NCBI GenBank assembly: GCA_963514005.1
Contig: CAUPSL010000234.1
Coordinates: 62,001-126,000 of the forward strand
DNA length: 64,000 nucleotides
Origin: Raja brachyura
Lineage: Eukaryota
Direction of reading: 5' to 3'
Numbering within the stretch: position 1 is the stretch's first letter; the number at the start of each line of letters is the position of its first letter. The notes below the pieces were generated by a model, which searched no databases, had not been told where the DNA came from, and saw only the letters and a list, made by a program, of their open reading frames with translations. Positions 13,681-26,457 of the stretch are shown here, in pieces. Made by a program: the position numbers and the translations under genes.

Positions 13681-14499
13681 TGGGTGTGGTCCACACACAT
13701 TTAAAGAGCTGGTTCTTGCCACAGATTTGCCCATTCACTTCATGTATCCTTATCTCAGCAAGGACACCATCCAGATGCTCTGTTGACACTTCTGCTTGCC
13801 TTGTGTGAGCGGCAAACGTGATCGTGTGGCTTTCTATCCGACATCTCAACTATCAATAAATATAGTGAATAGCTTCAGCCCTGAACACATTTCCACAGGC
13901 AAAGCTCATCACTGGCCCTTCCTTCTGTAACTTTCCACTTTCTGAATGCGTTTATGAAATGCATTCACGAAGATGATCAAAACACCTTTCCCTATTCTTT
14001 AGCTTTGAATATTTTAAAGACCAGAAAGGTTCATCAGGAATGTGTGGGAAGGAACTGCACATGCTGGTTTACACCGAAGATAGACACAAAATGCTGGAGT
14101 AACTCTGTAGGACATACAGCATCTCTGGGTAGAAGGAATGGGTGATGGTTCGGGGTCGAGACCCTCCTTCAGAATGCTGTATTCTTTGGACGGAGGAGAC
14201 TAATACATGTATATTTACATAATCTGTAGAAATATATAGAGTGAAAGACAATGTGCAATCTTAGATCCAGGTCACCTGTTCCCCACCAACTTGGCAACAC
14301 CTCCCAAAACGCACCAACAGGGAACACCAACTCCAACACTACATGTCTATTCTTTATTGAACATTGATAGGTTACATTGACACAAACACACATGCAGCCT
14401 CTCGTGGGGTCTCTGCAGGTTTCAAGCTGGATCAGCCTGACACAAAGACGTTTTCATACAAACTGCAAGTTCTCTGAAACTTTGGTAATTAATGTTTCA

Positions 14500-14975
14500 A
14501 GGGCCAAGAGAGTTTTATTGTCATGTGTCCCAGATAGGACAATGAAATTCTTGCTTTATGCAGCACAACAGAATATGTAAACATAATACAGAACAAGAGA
14601 TAAAAGTTCAGTGTGTCTATAGACCATATATATATACACAATAAATAAACAGATAAAAGTGCAATAGGCTGTTATTGTTCAGAGTTTGTTTGATGACCTG
14701 ATGGCTGTGGGGAACTGCCTATTCCTGAACCTAGATGTTCCAGATTTCAAGCCCCTGTATCTTCTTCCCGATGGCAACGGAGAGATGAGTGTGGCCAGAA
14801 TGGTGGGGGTCTTTGATGATGTTGGCAGCCTTTTTGAGGCAGCGACTGTGATAGATCCCTTCGATGGTGGGGAGGTCAGAGCCGATGATGGACTGGGCAG
14901 TGGTCACAACGTTCTGCATTCTTTTCCGTTCCTGGATGTTCAAGTTGCCGAACCAAGCCATGATGCAACCAGTTA
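14500..14975 (-). mobile_element. Rex1/Babar-like LINE 3' fragment
   Basis: TGCIMAWFGN...RCLKKAANIIKDPHH. Confidence 0.7.
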
Positions 14976-16267
14976 TGTTTAACCAAAAAGTTATGTTTGA
15001 TATGGATTTGGTCTGGAATCCATTTTCATTCTCAGTTGCCGTTCTCTCCCTGGCTGAGTAATGTACACCGATGTGAACCCTGGAACACCAGTCTGCACGA
15101 GGCACTGCATAGCAGTGACTTTCTGGAGAGACATTCCTTTTGCTCAAGAGTAGCAACTGCTCAACTAACCACAACATGGTCTTGTTACTGTCGGCACAAT
15201 ATCACAGAGGAGATAACCACATTTGACAGAGTGCAGGAGATGATTAGACACACAGATGTACAACCAGGCTCCTTTACCCAGAGTAGGGCAATCAAGAGCC
15301 AGAGGACATGGGTTTAAGGTGAGGGGGACAGATTTAATGGGAATCCGAGGGGCAACTTTTCCACACAGAGGGCACTGGGTCCATGGAATGTGCTGCGGGA
15401 GGAGGTAGTTGATGCAGAGACTATAACAATGTTTAAAAGTTATTTGGACAGCTACATGGATAGGACGAATAGTGAAAGGCCTGGATAAAGCGGATGTAAA
15501 GAGGATGATTCCACTGGTGGGAGAGTCGAGGACCATAGCCTCAGAATTAAAGGATGTTCCTCTAGGAAGATGAGGAGGAATTTGTTTAGTCACAGGGTAG
15601 AGAATCTGAGGGATTCATTGCCACAGAAGGCTGTGGAGTCCCACTCAATGGGTATTTTTAAAGCAGATATAGATCGATTCTTGATTAGTATTGGTGTCAA
15701 GGGGAGAAGGCAGGAGAATGGGGTTAGGAAGGAGAGATAAATCAGCCAGGATTGAATGGCAGACTATACTTGATGGGCTGAATGGCCTAATTCTGCTCCT
15801 ATCAATTATGGACTTGAGATGTTCAGTGATTTGGGCCAAACACGGGGAGACAGGACTAGTGTAGATCAGGCACCTTGGTTGGCAAAGGCAAGCTGAGCCG
15901 AAGGGCCTGTTACCGTCCTGTAGAAATCTATGGCTCCATGATCACTCCAATGCCAACATGGTTGTACCCAGCTCCATCCACACAATGGACTTTCTGATGG
16001 ACCTCTTTTCCAGTGTCGACAAACAATTGTACAAGTACAAATACTCGACCCCACTCTTCAAATTAGCAGCAAGACAACTAGTCTGAGATGCCACACACAG
16101 AGGGCCGACAACAATAAGTGGACTGACCCTGTGACACTAATTTTGAAGAACAGCAGGCTTGGTCTTCTCAGTGTCCTGGCTACTGAGGAGTTTTGGAATA
16201 AACTCAAGTTGTGAAAGCACAGAAATATTTAGCATTGTGTCCTAGTTCTGGTTGCATTGTGGCCTGA

Positions 16268-16750
16268 TTCGGCAACTTGAACGTCCAGGAGCAAAAAAGA
16301 CTACAAAAAGTTGTAACCACTGCCCAGTTCATCGCCGGCTTTGACCTCCGCACCGTCAAAGGGATCTTTCATAGTCGCTGCCTCAAAAAGGCAGCCAAAA
16401 TCATCAAGGACCCACACCATCCTGGCCACACACTCATCTCACCATTGCCATCAGGAAGAAGTTACAGGAGCCTGAAAACTGTAACGTTCAGGTACAGGAA
16501 CAGCTTCTTCCCTGCAGCCATCAGGCTATTAAACACAATGAATAAGCTCTGAGCTCTGAACTGCAAAATACTATATTATTGTTTGTTATTTGCACTATTT
16601 GTTATTTATTGAACTTTTTCTTTTTTTCTCTTCCCCCATTATGCACTATGTTTACATATTCACATATTCTGTTGTGCTGCAGCAAGTAAGAAATTCATTG
16701 TCCCGTCCTTGACATATGACAATAAAACACTCTTGACTCTTCTTGACTCT
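16268..16750 (+). mobile_element. Rex1/Babar-like LINE 3' fragment
   Basis: RCLKKAAKIIKDPHHPGH...LPSGR...NSFFPAAIRLLN. Confidence 0.75.
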
Positions 16751-16890
16751 AGTCCAGGCCTCTTGATTATCACTCACTCACTCACTCACTCACACACTGC
16801 AACATCTGTCCTTCAGTGCTAAACTTGCCTGGCCCCTATTTTGTGATGGGGTAAAAGATGTGATCATTAGAGTGAATCCCAGCACGCTAC

Positions 16891-17208
16891 CTTGAAAGCT
16901 TTTCACTTCCCGGCTGATACTGGTGTTCGAGGGGGGATGAGACACTGTACAGCTGAAGACTGAGCCTTTCTTCCAATCCTCTGAACTCACAGTCAGGAAA
17001 TGACTCGCACTGAAAGTCCCCCCCTGCTCCAGAGCAGTCGGTGTAGCGCTGGTGGTGGAGGAGATCGGGGCTCCGTCTTTCTCCCAAGTGATGTTTATGA
17101 GGTCCGGGTAGAAACCAGAGAGCACACACTCGAGGGTGGCTGTGTGGCTACGCTTGGTCTCTTCATGAGCTGGAGGCAGCAGTCTGACCTTGGGTTTTTT
17201 TGTTTCAA
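16891..17208 (-). CDS. IgW: Constant exon C4g (last C exon before TM)
   Basis: TTCCAG|TT...CAAG|GTAGC, 318 bp, open frame. Confidence 0.85.
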
Positions 17209-17250
17209 CTGGAACAGAGGAGCAAAGTAAATGTGAGACCCTCTTCCTCA

Positions 17251-17556
17251 AGGGCCTGTCCCAATTACGCGATTTTTTTCGTCGAAAGTTTTCAGCATGT
17301 TGAATATCCAGCGGCCACCAGAAAAAGGTACGAATCTTTGGGCAACTACTCACGACCATACAGGCTTCACTCCGCAACATGACGCCAGGGTGTCGCCTGT
17401 ATGTTCATGAGTAGTCTCCTCAGTCACCCAAAGAGTCGGACTGTCTTTCTGGAATTTTCCAGAACTTTCAACATGTTGAATATTTTCGCCGACCTGCAAT
17501 GACCTATGACGGGTACCGGCAGTCGCCAAAAAAGTCGTGTAAGTGGGACAGGCCCA
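17251..17556. mobile_element. PIF/Harbinger-type MITE in the C3-C4 intron (paralogues 19257-19553, 21273-21608, 23309-23647, 30811-31141, 32864-33204; independent copy ~36441-36781)
   Basis: TIR GGGCCTGTCCCA...TGGGACAGGCCC, flanked by TCA/TCA 3-bp duplication. Confidence 0.75.
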
Positions 17557-17602
17557 TCATGGTAACTAATGTTGGCCATATCATTGCCGATCTCTCGCCC
17601 AC

Positions 17603-17905
17603 CTTTGGCACTTTCTGTCCGTGCTGACACTGGTGAGGATGATGGAGATCGTTGGGCAGAGCACACAACCTCCACCCCGCTGGTCCATTCCTCCACACTG
17701 CTCCGGAGTTTACTGCTCACTCTGTCTTGGGTCCTTTCTCCTCTCGGTTGGCGGGTCACAGCCCCTATAGTTCTCTCCCTTCCGCTCACTTGCCAGTAAA
17801 TTTGGACATGGCTCAGATCAGCACCCATTACCACGCACACCACAGTAGCGGTCTTGTTGATCCAAATCTCTTCAGTGGAGGGGTTTTGGATAAAGACAGA
17901 CAATT
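17603..17905 (-). CDS. IgW: Constant exon C3g
   Basis: AG/GT intact, 303 bp, open frame. Confidence 0.85.
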
Positions 17906-18019
17906 CTGCAGATGAGAAATAGGAAGCTTACAAACCGAACAAGGTCTGGTGTTGTCGTCACCAATCAACTGGACTCTGATGACTTGCATTCATTTTCCAG
18001 ACTCACTTTATTGACGTGT

Positions 18020-18770
18020 GCACAAGGAACAACCTCTCTCTCAATGTCAGCAAAACTAAAGAGATGATTATGGACTACAGGAGATAGCAGGTGAGTGGAC
18101 ACCTCCCATCCACATCGGTGATGCTGAGGTTGAAAGGGTCAGCAGCTTCAAGTTCCTCAGTGTGCACATCACTGAGGACCTCTCCTGGACACTGCACACA
18201 GACACAATAACAAAGAAAGCCCGCCAGCGGCTCTTTTTCCTGAGAAGACTGAGCAAGTTTTGCATGAACGCCAGCATCCTCACAAACTTCCACAGATGCA
18301 CCATCGAGAGCCTGCTGACGGGCTGCATCACAGTCTGGTACGGGAACTGTTCTGCTCACAGCCGCAAATCACTACAGAGAGTGGTGAAGGCGGCACAGCT
18401 CATCACTGGCAACTGTCTCCTGGCCATTCAGGATATTTTCCACTGGCGGTGCCTGCGGAAGGCACACAGCATCATCAAGAACCACAGCCACCAAGCACGC
18501 AGACTGTTCTCCTTGTTACCGTCAGGCAGACGATACAGGAGCATGGCAGCAAGTACCACCAGACTTAAGAACAGTTTTTACCATCAGGCTACTAGGCTAA
18601 ATACTCTATCATTATTTGTTATTTGCACTATATTTGTTATTTAGTTAACATTCTTTCACTTCCCCCGTTATGCACTATGTTTACATATTCACATATTCTG
18701 TTGTGCTGCAGCAAGTAAGAATTTCCTTGTCCCGTCCGCGACATATAACAATAAAACACTCTTTACTCTA
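18020..18770 (+). mobile_element. Rex1/Babar-like LINE fragment within the tandem unit (paralogues ~20013-20780, ~22068-22818, 29887-30320, ~31603-32370)
   Basis: NVSKTKEM...FKFL.VHITEDLSW...KKARQRLFFLRRL...TGCITVWYGNC. Confidence 0.8.
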
Positions 18771-18896
18771 GTCTATGCCCCTTGATTATCATTCACTCAC
18801 ACACTGCAACACCAGTCCTTCAGTGCTAAACGTGCCTGGCTCTATTTTGTGATGGGGTAAAAGATGTGATCATTAGAGTGAATCCCAGCACCGTAC

Positions 18897-19214
18897 CTTG
18901 AAAGCTTTTCACTTCCCGGCTGATACTGGTGTTCGAGGGCGGATGAGACACTGTACAGCTGAAGACTGAGCCTTTCTTCCAATCCTCTGAACTCACAGTC
19001 AGGAAGTGGCTGGCACTGAAAGTCCCCCCCTGCTCCAGAGCAGTCGGTGCAGCGCTGGTGGTGGAGGAGATCGGGGCTCCGTCTTTCTCCCAAGTGACGT
19101 TTATGAGGTCCGGGTAGAAACCAGAGAGCACACACTCGAGGGTGGCTGTGTGGCTATGCTTGGTCTCTTCATGAGCTGGAGGCAGCAGTCTGACCTTGGG
19201 ACTTTTTGTTTCAA
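18897..19214 (-). CDS. IgW: Constant exon C4f
   Basis: AG/GT intact, 318 bp, open frame. Confidence 0.85.
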
Positions 19215-19599
19215 CTGGAACAGAGGAGCAAAGAAGATGTAAGACCCTCTTCCTCAAGGACCTGTCCCACTTATGTGACTTTTTCGGCGACTGCCGGCAC
19301 CCGTCATAGGTCGTTACAGGTCGCCAAAAATTTTCAACGTGTTGAAAATCAGGCGGCAACCACAACAAGGTGCGACATGTCGCCAGGGTGACGCCTGTAT
19401 GATCGTGAGTTGTCTCCTCAGTCGCCCAAAGAGTCATAACATCTTTCTGGTCACCACTGGATTTTCAACATGTTGTATTTTTTTGCCGACCTGCAACTAC
19501 CTATGACGGGTCCCGGCAGTCGCCGAAAAAGTCGCGTAAGTGGGACAGGCCCATCATGGTAACTAATGTTGGCCATATCATTGCCGATCTCTCGCCCAC

Positions 19600-19902
19600 C
19601 TTTGGCACTTTCTGTCCGTGCTGACACTGGTGAGGATGATGGAGATCGTTGGGCAGAGCACACAACCTCCACCCCGCTGGTCCATTCCTCCACACTGCTC
19701 CGGAGTTTACTGCTCACTCTGTCTTGGGTCCTCTCTCCTCTCGGTTGGCGGGTCACAGCCCCTGTAGTTCTCTCCCTGCCGCTCACTTGCCAGTAGATTT
19801 GGACCTGGCTCAGATCAGCACCCATTACCACGCACACCACAGTAGCGGTCTTGTTGATCCAAATCTCTTCAGTGGAGGGGTTTTGGATAAAGACAGACAA
19901 TT
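19600..19902 (-). CDS. IgW: Constant exon C3f
   Basis: AG/GT intact, 303 bp, open frame. Confidence 0.85.
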
Positions 19903-20912
19903 CTGCAGATGAGAAATAGGAAGCTTACAAACCAGACAAGGTCTGGTGTTGTTGTCACCGATTAACTGGACTCTGACGACTTGCATTCATTTTCCAGACT
20001 CACTTTACTAACGTGTGCACAAGGAACAACCTCTCTCTCAATGTCAGCAAAACTAAAGATGATCATGGACTACAGGAGACAGCAGGTGAGTGGACACCTC
20101 CCATCCACATCGGTGATGCTGAGGTTGAAAGTGTCAGCAGCTTCAAGTTCCTCAGTGTGCACATCACTGAGGACCTCTCCTGGATACTGGACACATGCAC
20201 ATTAACAAAGAAAGCCCGCCAGCGGCTCTTTTTCCTGAGAAGACTGAGCAAGTTTGGCATGAACGCCAGCATCCTCACAAACTTCTACAGATGCACCATC
20301 AAGAGCCTGCTGACGGGCTGCATCACAGTCTGGTACGGGAACTGTTCTGCTCACAGCCGCAAATCACTACAGAGAGTGGTGAAGGCGGCACAGCTCATCA
20401 CTGGCAACTGTCTCCTGGCCATTCAGGACATTTTCCACTGGCGGTGCCTGCGGAAGGCACACAGCATCATCAAGGACCACAGCCACCCAGCACACAGACT
20501 GTTCTCCTTGTTATCGTCAAGCAGACGATACAGGAGCATTGCTGCAAGTACCACCAGACTTAAGAACGGTTTTTACCATCAGGCCATCAGGCTAAATACA
20601 CTATCATTATTTGTTATTTGCACTACATTTGTTATTTATTGAACTTTTTCTTTTTTTCTCTTACCCCGTTATGCACTATGTTAACATATTCACATATTCT
20701 GTTGTGCTGCAGCAAGTAAGAATTTCCTTGTCCCGTCCGGGACATATAACAATAAAACACTCTTGACTCTTCTGGACTCTAGTCCAGGCCTCTTGCTTAT
20801 CACTCACTGACTCACACACAGCAACACCTGTCCTTCAGTGCTAAACGTGCCTGGCCCCTATTTTGTGATGGGGTAAAAGATGTGATCATTAGAGTGAATC
20901 GCAGCACCGTAC

Positions 20913-21230
20913 CTTGAAAGCTTTTCACTTCCCGGCTGATACTGGTGTTCGAAGGGGGATGAGACACTGTACAGCCGAAGACTGAGCCTTTCTTCCAATC
21001 CTCTGAACTCACAGTCAGGAAGTGGCTGGCACTGAAAGTCCCCCCCTGCTCCAGAGCAGTCGGTGTAGCGCTGGTGGTGGAGGAGATCGGGCCTCCGTCT
21101 TTCTCCCAAGTGACGTTTATGAGGTCCGGGTAGAAACCAGAGAGCACACACTCGAGGGTGGCTGTGTTGCTCTGCTTGGTCTCTTCATGAGCTGGAGGCA
21201 GCAGTCTGACCTTGGGACTTTTTGTTTCAA
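20913..21230 (-). CDS. IgW: Constant exon C4e
   Basis: AG/GT intact, 318 bp, open frame. Confidence 0.85.
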
Positions 21231-21654
21231 CTAGAACAGAGGAGCAAAGTAGATGTGAGACCCTCTTCCTCAAGGGCCTGTCCCACTTACGTGACTTTTT
21301 CGGCGACTGCCGGCACCCGTTATAGGTCGTTACAGGTCGACACAAATTTTCAACATGTTGAAAATCCAGCGGCGACCAGAACAAGGTACGACTCTTTGGG
21401 CGACTACTCACGACCATGCAGGCTTCACCCCATGACATGTCGCCAGGTCGCCTGTATGGTCGTGAGCAGTCTCCTCAGTCGCCCAAAGAGGCGTAGCGTC
21501 TTCCGAGTCACCGCTGGATTTTCAACGTTGAAATTTTTCAGCCACCTGCAACGACATTTGACGGGTCCCAGCAGTCGCCAAAAAAGTTGCGTAAGTGGGA
21601 CAGGCCCAACATGGTAACTAATGTTGGCCATATCATTGCCAATCTCTCGCCCAC

Positions 21655-21957
21655 CTTTGGCACTTTCTGTCCGTACTGACACTGGTGAGGATGATGGAGA
21701 TCGTTGGACAGAGCACACAACCTCCACCCCGCTGGTCCATTCCTCCACACTGCTCCGGAGTTTACTGCTCACTTTGTCTTGGGTCCTTTCCCCTCTCGGT
21801 TGGCGGGTCACAGCCCCTGGAGTTCTCTCTCTTCCGCTCACTTGCCAGTAGATTTGGACCTGGCTCAGATCAGCACCCATTACCACGCACACCACAGTAG
21901 CGGTCTTGTTGATCCAAATCTCTTCAGTGGAGGGGTTTTGGATAAAGACAGACAATT
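21655..21957 (-). CDS. IgW: Constant exon C3e
   Basis: AG/GT intact, 303 bp, open frame. Confidence 0.85.
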
Positions 21958-22948
21958 CTGCAGATGAGAAATAGGAAGCTTACAAACCGGACAAGGTCTG
22001 GTGTTGTCGTCACCGTTCAACTGGACTCTGACGACTTGCATTCATTTTCCAGACTCACTTTACTAACATGTGCACAAAGAACAACCTCTCTTTCAATGTC
22101 AGCAATACTAAAGAGATGATTGTGGACTATAGGAGCCAGCAGGGGAGTGGACACCTCCCATCCACATCGGTGATGCTGAGGTTGAAAGTGTCAGCAGCTT
22201 CAAGCTCCTCAGTGCGCACATCACTGAGGACCTCACCTGGACACTGCACACGGACACAATAACAAAGAAAGCCCGCCAGCGGCTCTTTTTCCTGAGAAGA
22301 CTGAGCAAGTTTGGCATGAACGCCAGCATCCTCACAAACTTCTACAAATGCACCATCGAGAGCCTGCTGACGGGCTGCATCACAGTCTGGTACGGGAACT
22401 GTTCTGCTCACAGCCGCAAATCACTACAGAGAGTGGTGAAGGCGGCACAGCTCATCACTGGCAACTGTCTCCTGGCCATTCAGGACATTTTCCACTGGCG
22501 GTGCCTGCGGAAGGCACACAGCATCATCAAGGACCACAGCCACCCAGCACAAGACTGTTCTCCTTGTTACCGTCAAGCAGACGATACAGGAGCATGGCTG
22601 CAAGTTCCACCAGACTTCAGAACGGTTTTTACCATCAGGCCATCAGGCTAAATACTATATTATTTGTTATTTGCACTACATTTGTTATGTATTGAACTTT
22701 GTTTCTCTTCCCCCGTTATGCACTATGTTTACATATTCACACATTCTGTTGTGCTGCAGCAAGTAAGAATTTCCTTGCCGCGTCCAGGACATATGACAAT
22801 GAAACACTCTTGACTCTAGTCTAGGCCTCTTGGTCATCACTCACTCACTCACACACTGCAACACCTGTCCTTCAGTGCTAAACTTGCCTGGCTCTAATTT
22901 GTGACGGGGTAAAAGATGTGATCATTAGAGCGAATCCCAGCACCGTAC

Positions 22949-23266
22949 CTTGAAAGCTTTTCACTTCCCGGCTGATACTGGTGTTCGAGGGGGGATGAGA
23001 CACTGTACAGCCGAAGACTGAGCCTTTCTTCCAATCCTCTGAGCTCACAGTCAGGAAGTGGCTCGCTCTGAGAGTCCCCCCCTGCTCCAGAGCTGTCGGT
23101 GTAGCGCTGGTGGTGGAGGAGATCGGGGCTCCGTCTTTCTCCCAAGTGACGTTTATGAGGTCCGGGTAGAAACCAGAGAGCACACACTCGAGGGTGGCTG
23201 TGTTGCTATGCTTGGTCTCTTCATGAGCTGGAGGCAGCAGTCTGACCTTGGGACTTTTTGTTTCAA
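22949..23266 (-). CDS. IgW: Constant exon C4d
   Basis: AG/GT intact, 318 bp, open frame. Confidence 0.85.
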
Positions 23267-23693
23267 CTAGAACAGAGGAGTAAAGTAGATGTGAGACCCT
23301 CTTCCTCAAGGGCCTGTCCCACTTACGTGACTTTTTCGGTGACTGCCGGCACCCGTCATAAGTCGTTACAGGTCGTCCAAAATGTTCAACATGTTGAAAA
23401 TCCAGCGGCGACCAGAACAAGGTACGACTCTTTGGGCAACTGCTCACGACCATACAGGCTTCACCCCATGACATGTCACCAGGGTGTCGCCTGTATGGTC
23501 GTGAGTAGTCTCCTCAATCGCCCAAAGAGTCGTATCGTCTTCCTGGTCACTGCTGGATTTTCAACGTTGAAAATTCTCAGCCACCTGCAACGACCTATGA
23601 CGGGTCCCAGCAGTCGCCAAAAAAGCCGCGCAAGTGGGACAGGCCCATCATGGTAACTAATGTTGGCCATATCATTGCCAATCTCTCGCCCAC

Positions 23694-23996
23694 CTTTGGC
23701 ACTTTCTGTCCGTGCTGACACTGGTGAGGATGATGGAGATCGTTGGGCAGAGCACACAACCTCCACCCCGCTGGTCCATTCCTCCACACTGCTCCGGAGT
23801 TTACTGCTCACTCTGTCTTGGGTCCTTTCACCTCTCGGTTGGTGGGTCACAGCCCCTGTAGTTCTCTCCTTTCCGCTCACTTGCCAGTAGATTTGGACCT
23901 GGCTCAGATCAGCACCCATTACCACGCACACCACAGTAGCGGTCTTGTTGATCCAAATCTCTTCAGTGGAGGGGTGTTGGATAAAGACAGACAATT
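23694..23996 (-). CDS. IgW: Constant exon C3d (downstream of secretory polyA)
   Basis: AG/GT intact, 303 bp, open frame. Confidence 0.85.
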
Positions 23997-25773
23997 CTGC
24001 AGATGAGAAATAGGAAGCTTACAAACCGGACAAGGTCTGGTGTTGTCGTCACCGATCAACTGGACTCTGACGACTTGCATTCATTTTTCAGACTCACTTT
24101 ATTGACGTGTGCACAAGGAGAGCAGCACAGTCCCAGTTACCTGCTGCCCTGAAATTCCACTCAGCATTTATACAGAGTTTGACCCTTGAAATTATGCACA
24201 CTCTAATTTCTTATAATCAAACACAATACATTCTCCTCAACACTTATACAAATACATTAACACTAACACAAATAAAACTACATGCTGTTCAATTCTTTAT
24301 TGGTATTTAATTTCAGTGCACCATGGAAAGCATTTTATCGGGATGCATCACAGCATGGTTTGGGAACAGCTCCATCCAAGAAATAGCAGCGAATTGCGGT
24401 TGCAGACCAGATCATCGCGCAAACTAACCTCCCTTCCACTGACTCCATTTACATCTCACGCTGCCTCGGCAGGGCCAGCAGCATAATCAAGGACCAGTCA
24501 CACCCTGGCCACTCTCTCTTCTCCCCTCTCCCATCAGACAAAAAGTATAGAAGTGTGAAAACGCACACCTCCAGATTCAGGGACAGTTTCTTCCCAGCTG
24601 TTATCAAGCAACTGAACCACCCCCTCACCAACCAGAGCGCAGTCCTGAGCAATCACTGGAGACCCTCGGACTACGTTTAATCGGACATTACCTTGCACAA
24701 AATATTATTCCCTTCTTCATGTATCTGTATACTGTGGAGGGCTTGATTGTAATTATATAGTCTTTCTGGTGACTGGTTAGCACGCAACAAAAAACATTTT
24801 CACTGTACCTCGGTCTACGTGACAATAAACCAAACCAAACAACCCTCGGCCCACACAATGGGCATTGCATCCCCCACCCTACACCATTACTCCTTCCACC
24901 ATCGACACTTCACGCTGCCTCAGGAAAGCAGCCAACATCATCAAGGAACCCACATCCCAGTCATTGTCTCTACTCCCCTCTCCAGATGATACAAGAAGCT
25001 TGAAATCACGTAGCAGCAGGTTCAAGAACAGATTTACTTTAAGCACCAACTGGCAGATGTTTAATTGTAACATTGGAATAGAAGAGTTACCAATGATGAG
25101 TTGTCTCTTGTATTCAACATCATCCATGCACACCCACTGAGGACAGAGACTCCTCAAACAACTATCCCCCTTGTTAGACACAGATGTCATGTGTGGCTCA
25201 GTGGTGAGCAATGTCACCTCATGAAAGCTGCTGTCTTTGGGATGAGGCTTTAAGGAGGTGCTTCTCAGGTAGATGTCAGCAAAGCCACGACATGACCACG
25301 ACTGTTCTGCTCAGAGTCCTGAGCTAATATTTATCCTGAAACCAAACAGCTAAACACAGGTGGGCTGTGGGAAGTGAGGGGAAAGAGGGAGAAAGCAAGG
25401 ACTACCTGACGCAGGAGATGTGGCCAGATTTGGTTTGCCGTGTGGGAGCTTGCACCAGGTACATTGTCACAGCTGGGCTAAGAAAGACCATGGTCCAATC
25501 AGTTCACCTTGTGTCACCCTGACGGTCGTATGGCAGAGTGATAATGGAGTTAACGACCAACGACCACAATCAATCTCTGTCTTCAACTGGTCCAGGCGTG
25601 GGTGTCAGAACACCCAATTGTGGAAGGTTTTGGACACATTGATCCAACAACACCTCTTTCTCCCAGAATGTGCTTCTCCTAGAATGTGCACACCTCACAT
25701 CCCAGCTACCCATGTACTGCCACCCAAAACACACCAGTCACAGACACGCACACAAAACATTTTTCACATCATA

Positions 25774-25779
25774 TTTATT
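25774..25779 (-). terminator. PolyA signal of the long secreted form
   Basis: AATAAA about 290 nt after the stop, followed by a GU-rich downstream element (TGTTTTGTGTGCGTGTCTG). Confidence 0.7.
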
Positions 25780-26071
25780 GAACTTGTATTGGTACATTGA
25801 CACATACATAGATTTAATACCTCGTGTGATCCCATACAGGGTTAATATCTGTTCAAGCATGACAAAAAAAGTTCTGTAAATGTATCCAGAAGCTCAGACA
25901 TTTGTGGTGAATCATGGCTGTCACTTAAGTTGTAGCTCGTGTGGAATTATGTTTTTAATGATTTACAAAGGTTCACATTTCGACGATGTATTAGGGAACT
26001 GACCCATCATCCTCTGGGTCAGTTAATAAATCCAGAAATGAACAAAACAAGTGTTTGAGAAATGAATCATG

Positions 26072-26457
26072 TTACACACAAGATTTAAAGCTATCAGCCA
26101 GAACAAGTGAGACATTGACCAGGGTGGGTTTGCTGTGAGATTTATTGATGCTTCTGAATAGGCTGGTTGTGATGGACCCGTGTCCCACAACACAGGAGAA
26201 GGTGGTGCCACTGTTCCACTCCTCTGGAGAAACCTTCAACTGACTGGTCATGGTGTTCCACCCATTCCTGGTGTCCTTGGTCACGGGCTGGTTCATGATC
26301 CCTGTCTTCAGAAGGGTGTCGTTGGCCATCCAGGCCACATAGATGTCTGCAGGAGAGAATCTGGTGACCAGGCACGTCAAGGTGGCCGTCTCATCCGTCT
26401 CCACCTCATCCAATGAAGGGGGGAGGAGGTAGACTTGAGGACGACTCTCAACTCCAT
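26072..26457 (-). CDS. IgW: Constant exon C6 with long-form secretory tail
   Basis: TCCCAG|AT acceptor. Protein: RPQVYLLPPS...LTCLVTRFSPADIYVAW...FSCVVGH...SKPTLVNVSLVLADSFKSCV*, with an NVS glycan site and a penultimate Cys. Confidence 0.95.

Larger units (their letters stand above)
16560..24231 (-). repeat. Four tandem ~2-kb units (C3-MITE-C4-Rex1 fragment)
   Basis: C3 exon starts at 17905, 19902, 21957 and 23996, with near-identical introns. Confidence 0.95.

Noticed and set aside
11913-23996. A second, separate Ig gene or isotype downstream of the first
   Set aside because: No V, D, J, leader, C1/C2 or secretory tail lies between 24 kb and TM1, and only one TM1 exists in the window, so it is most simply part of the same gene.
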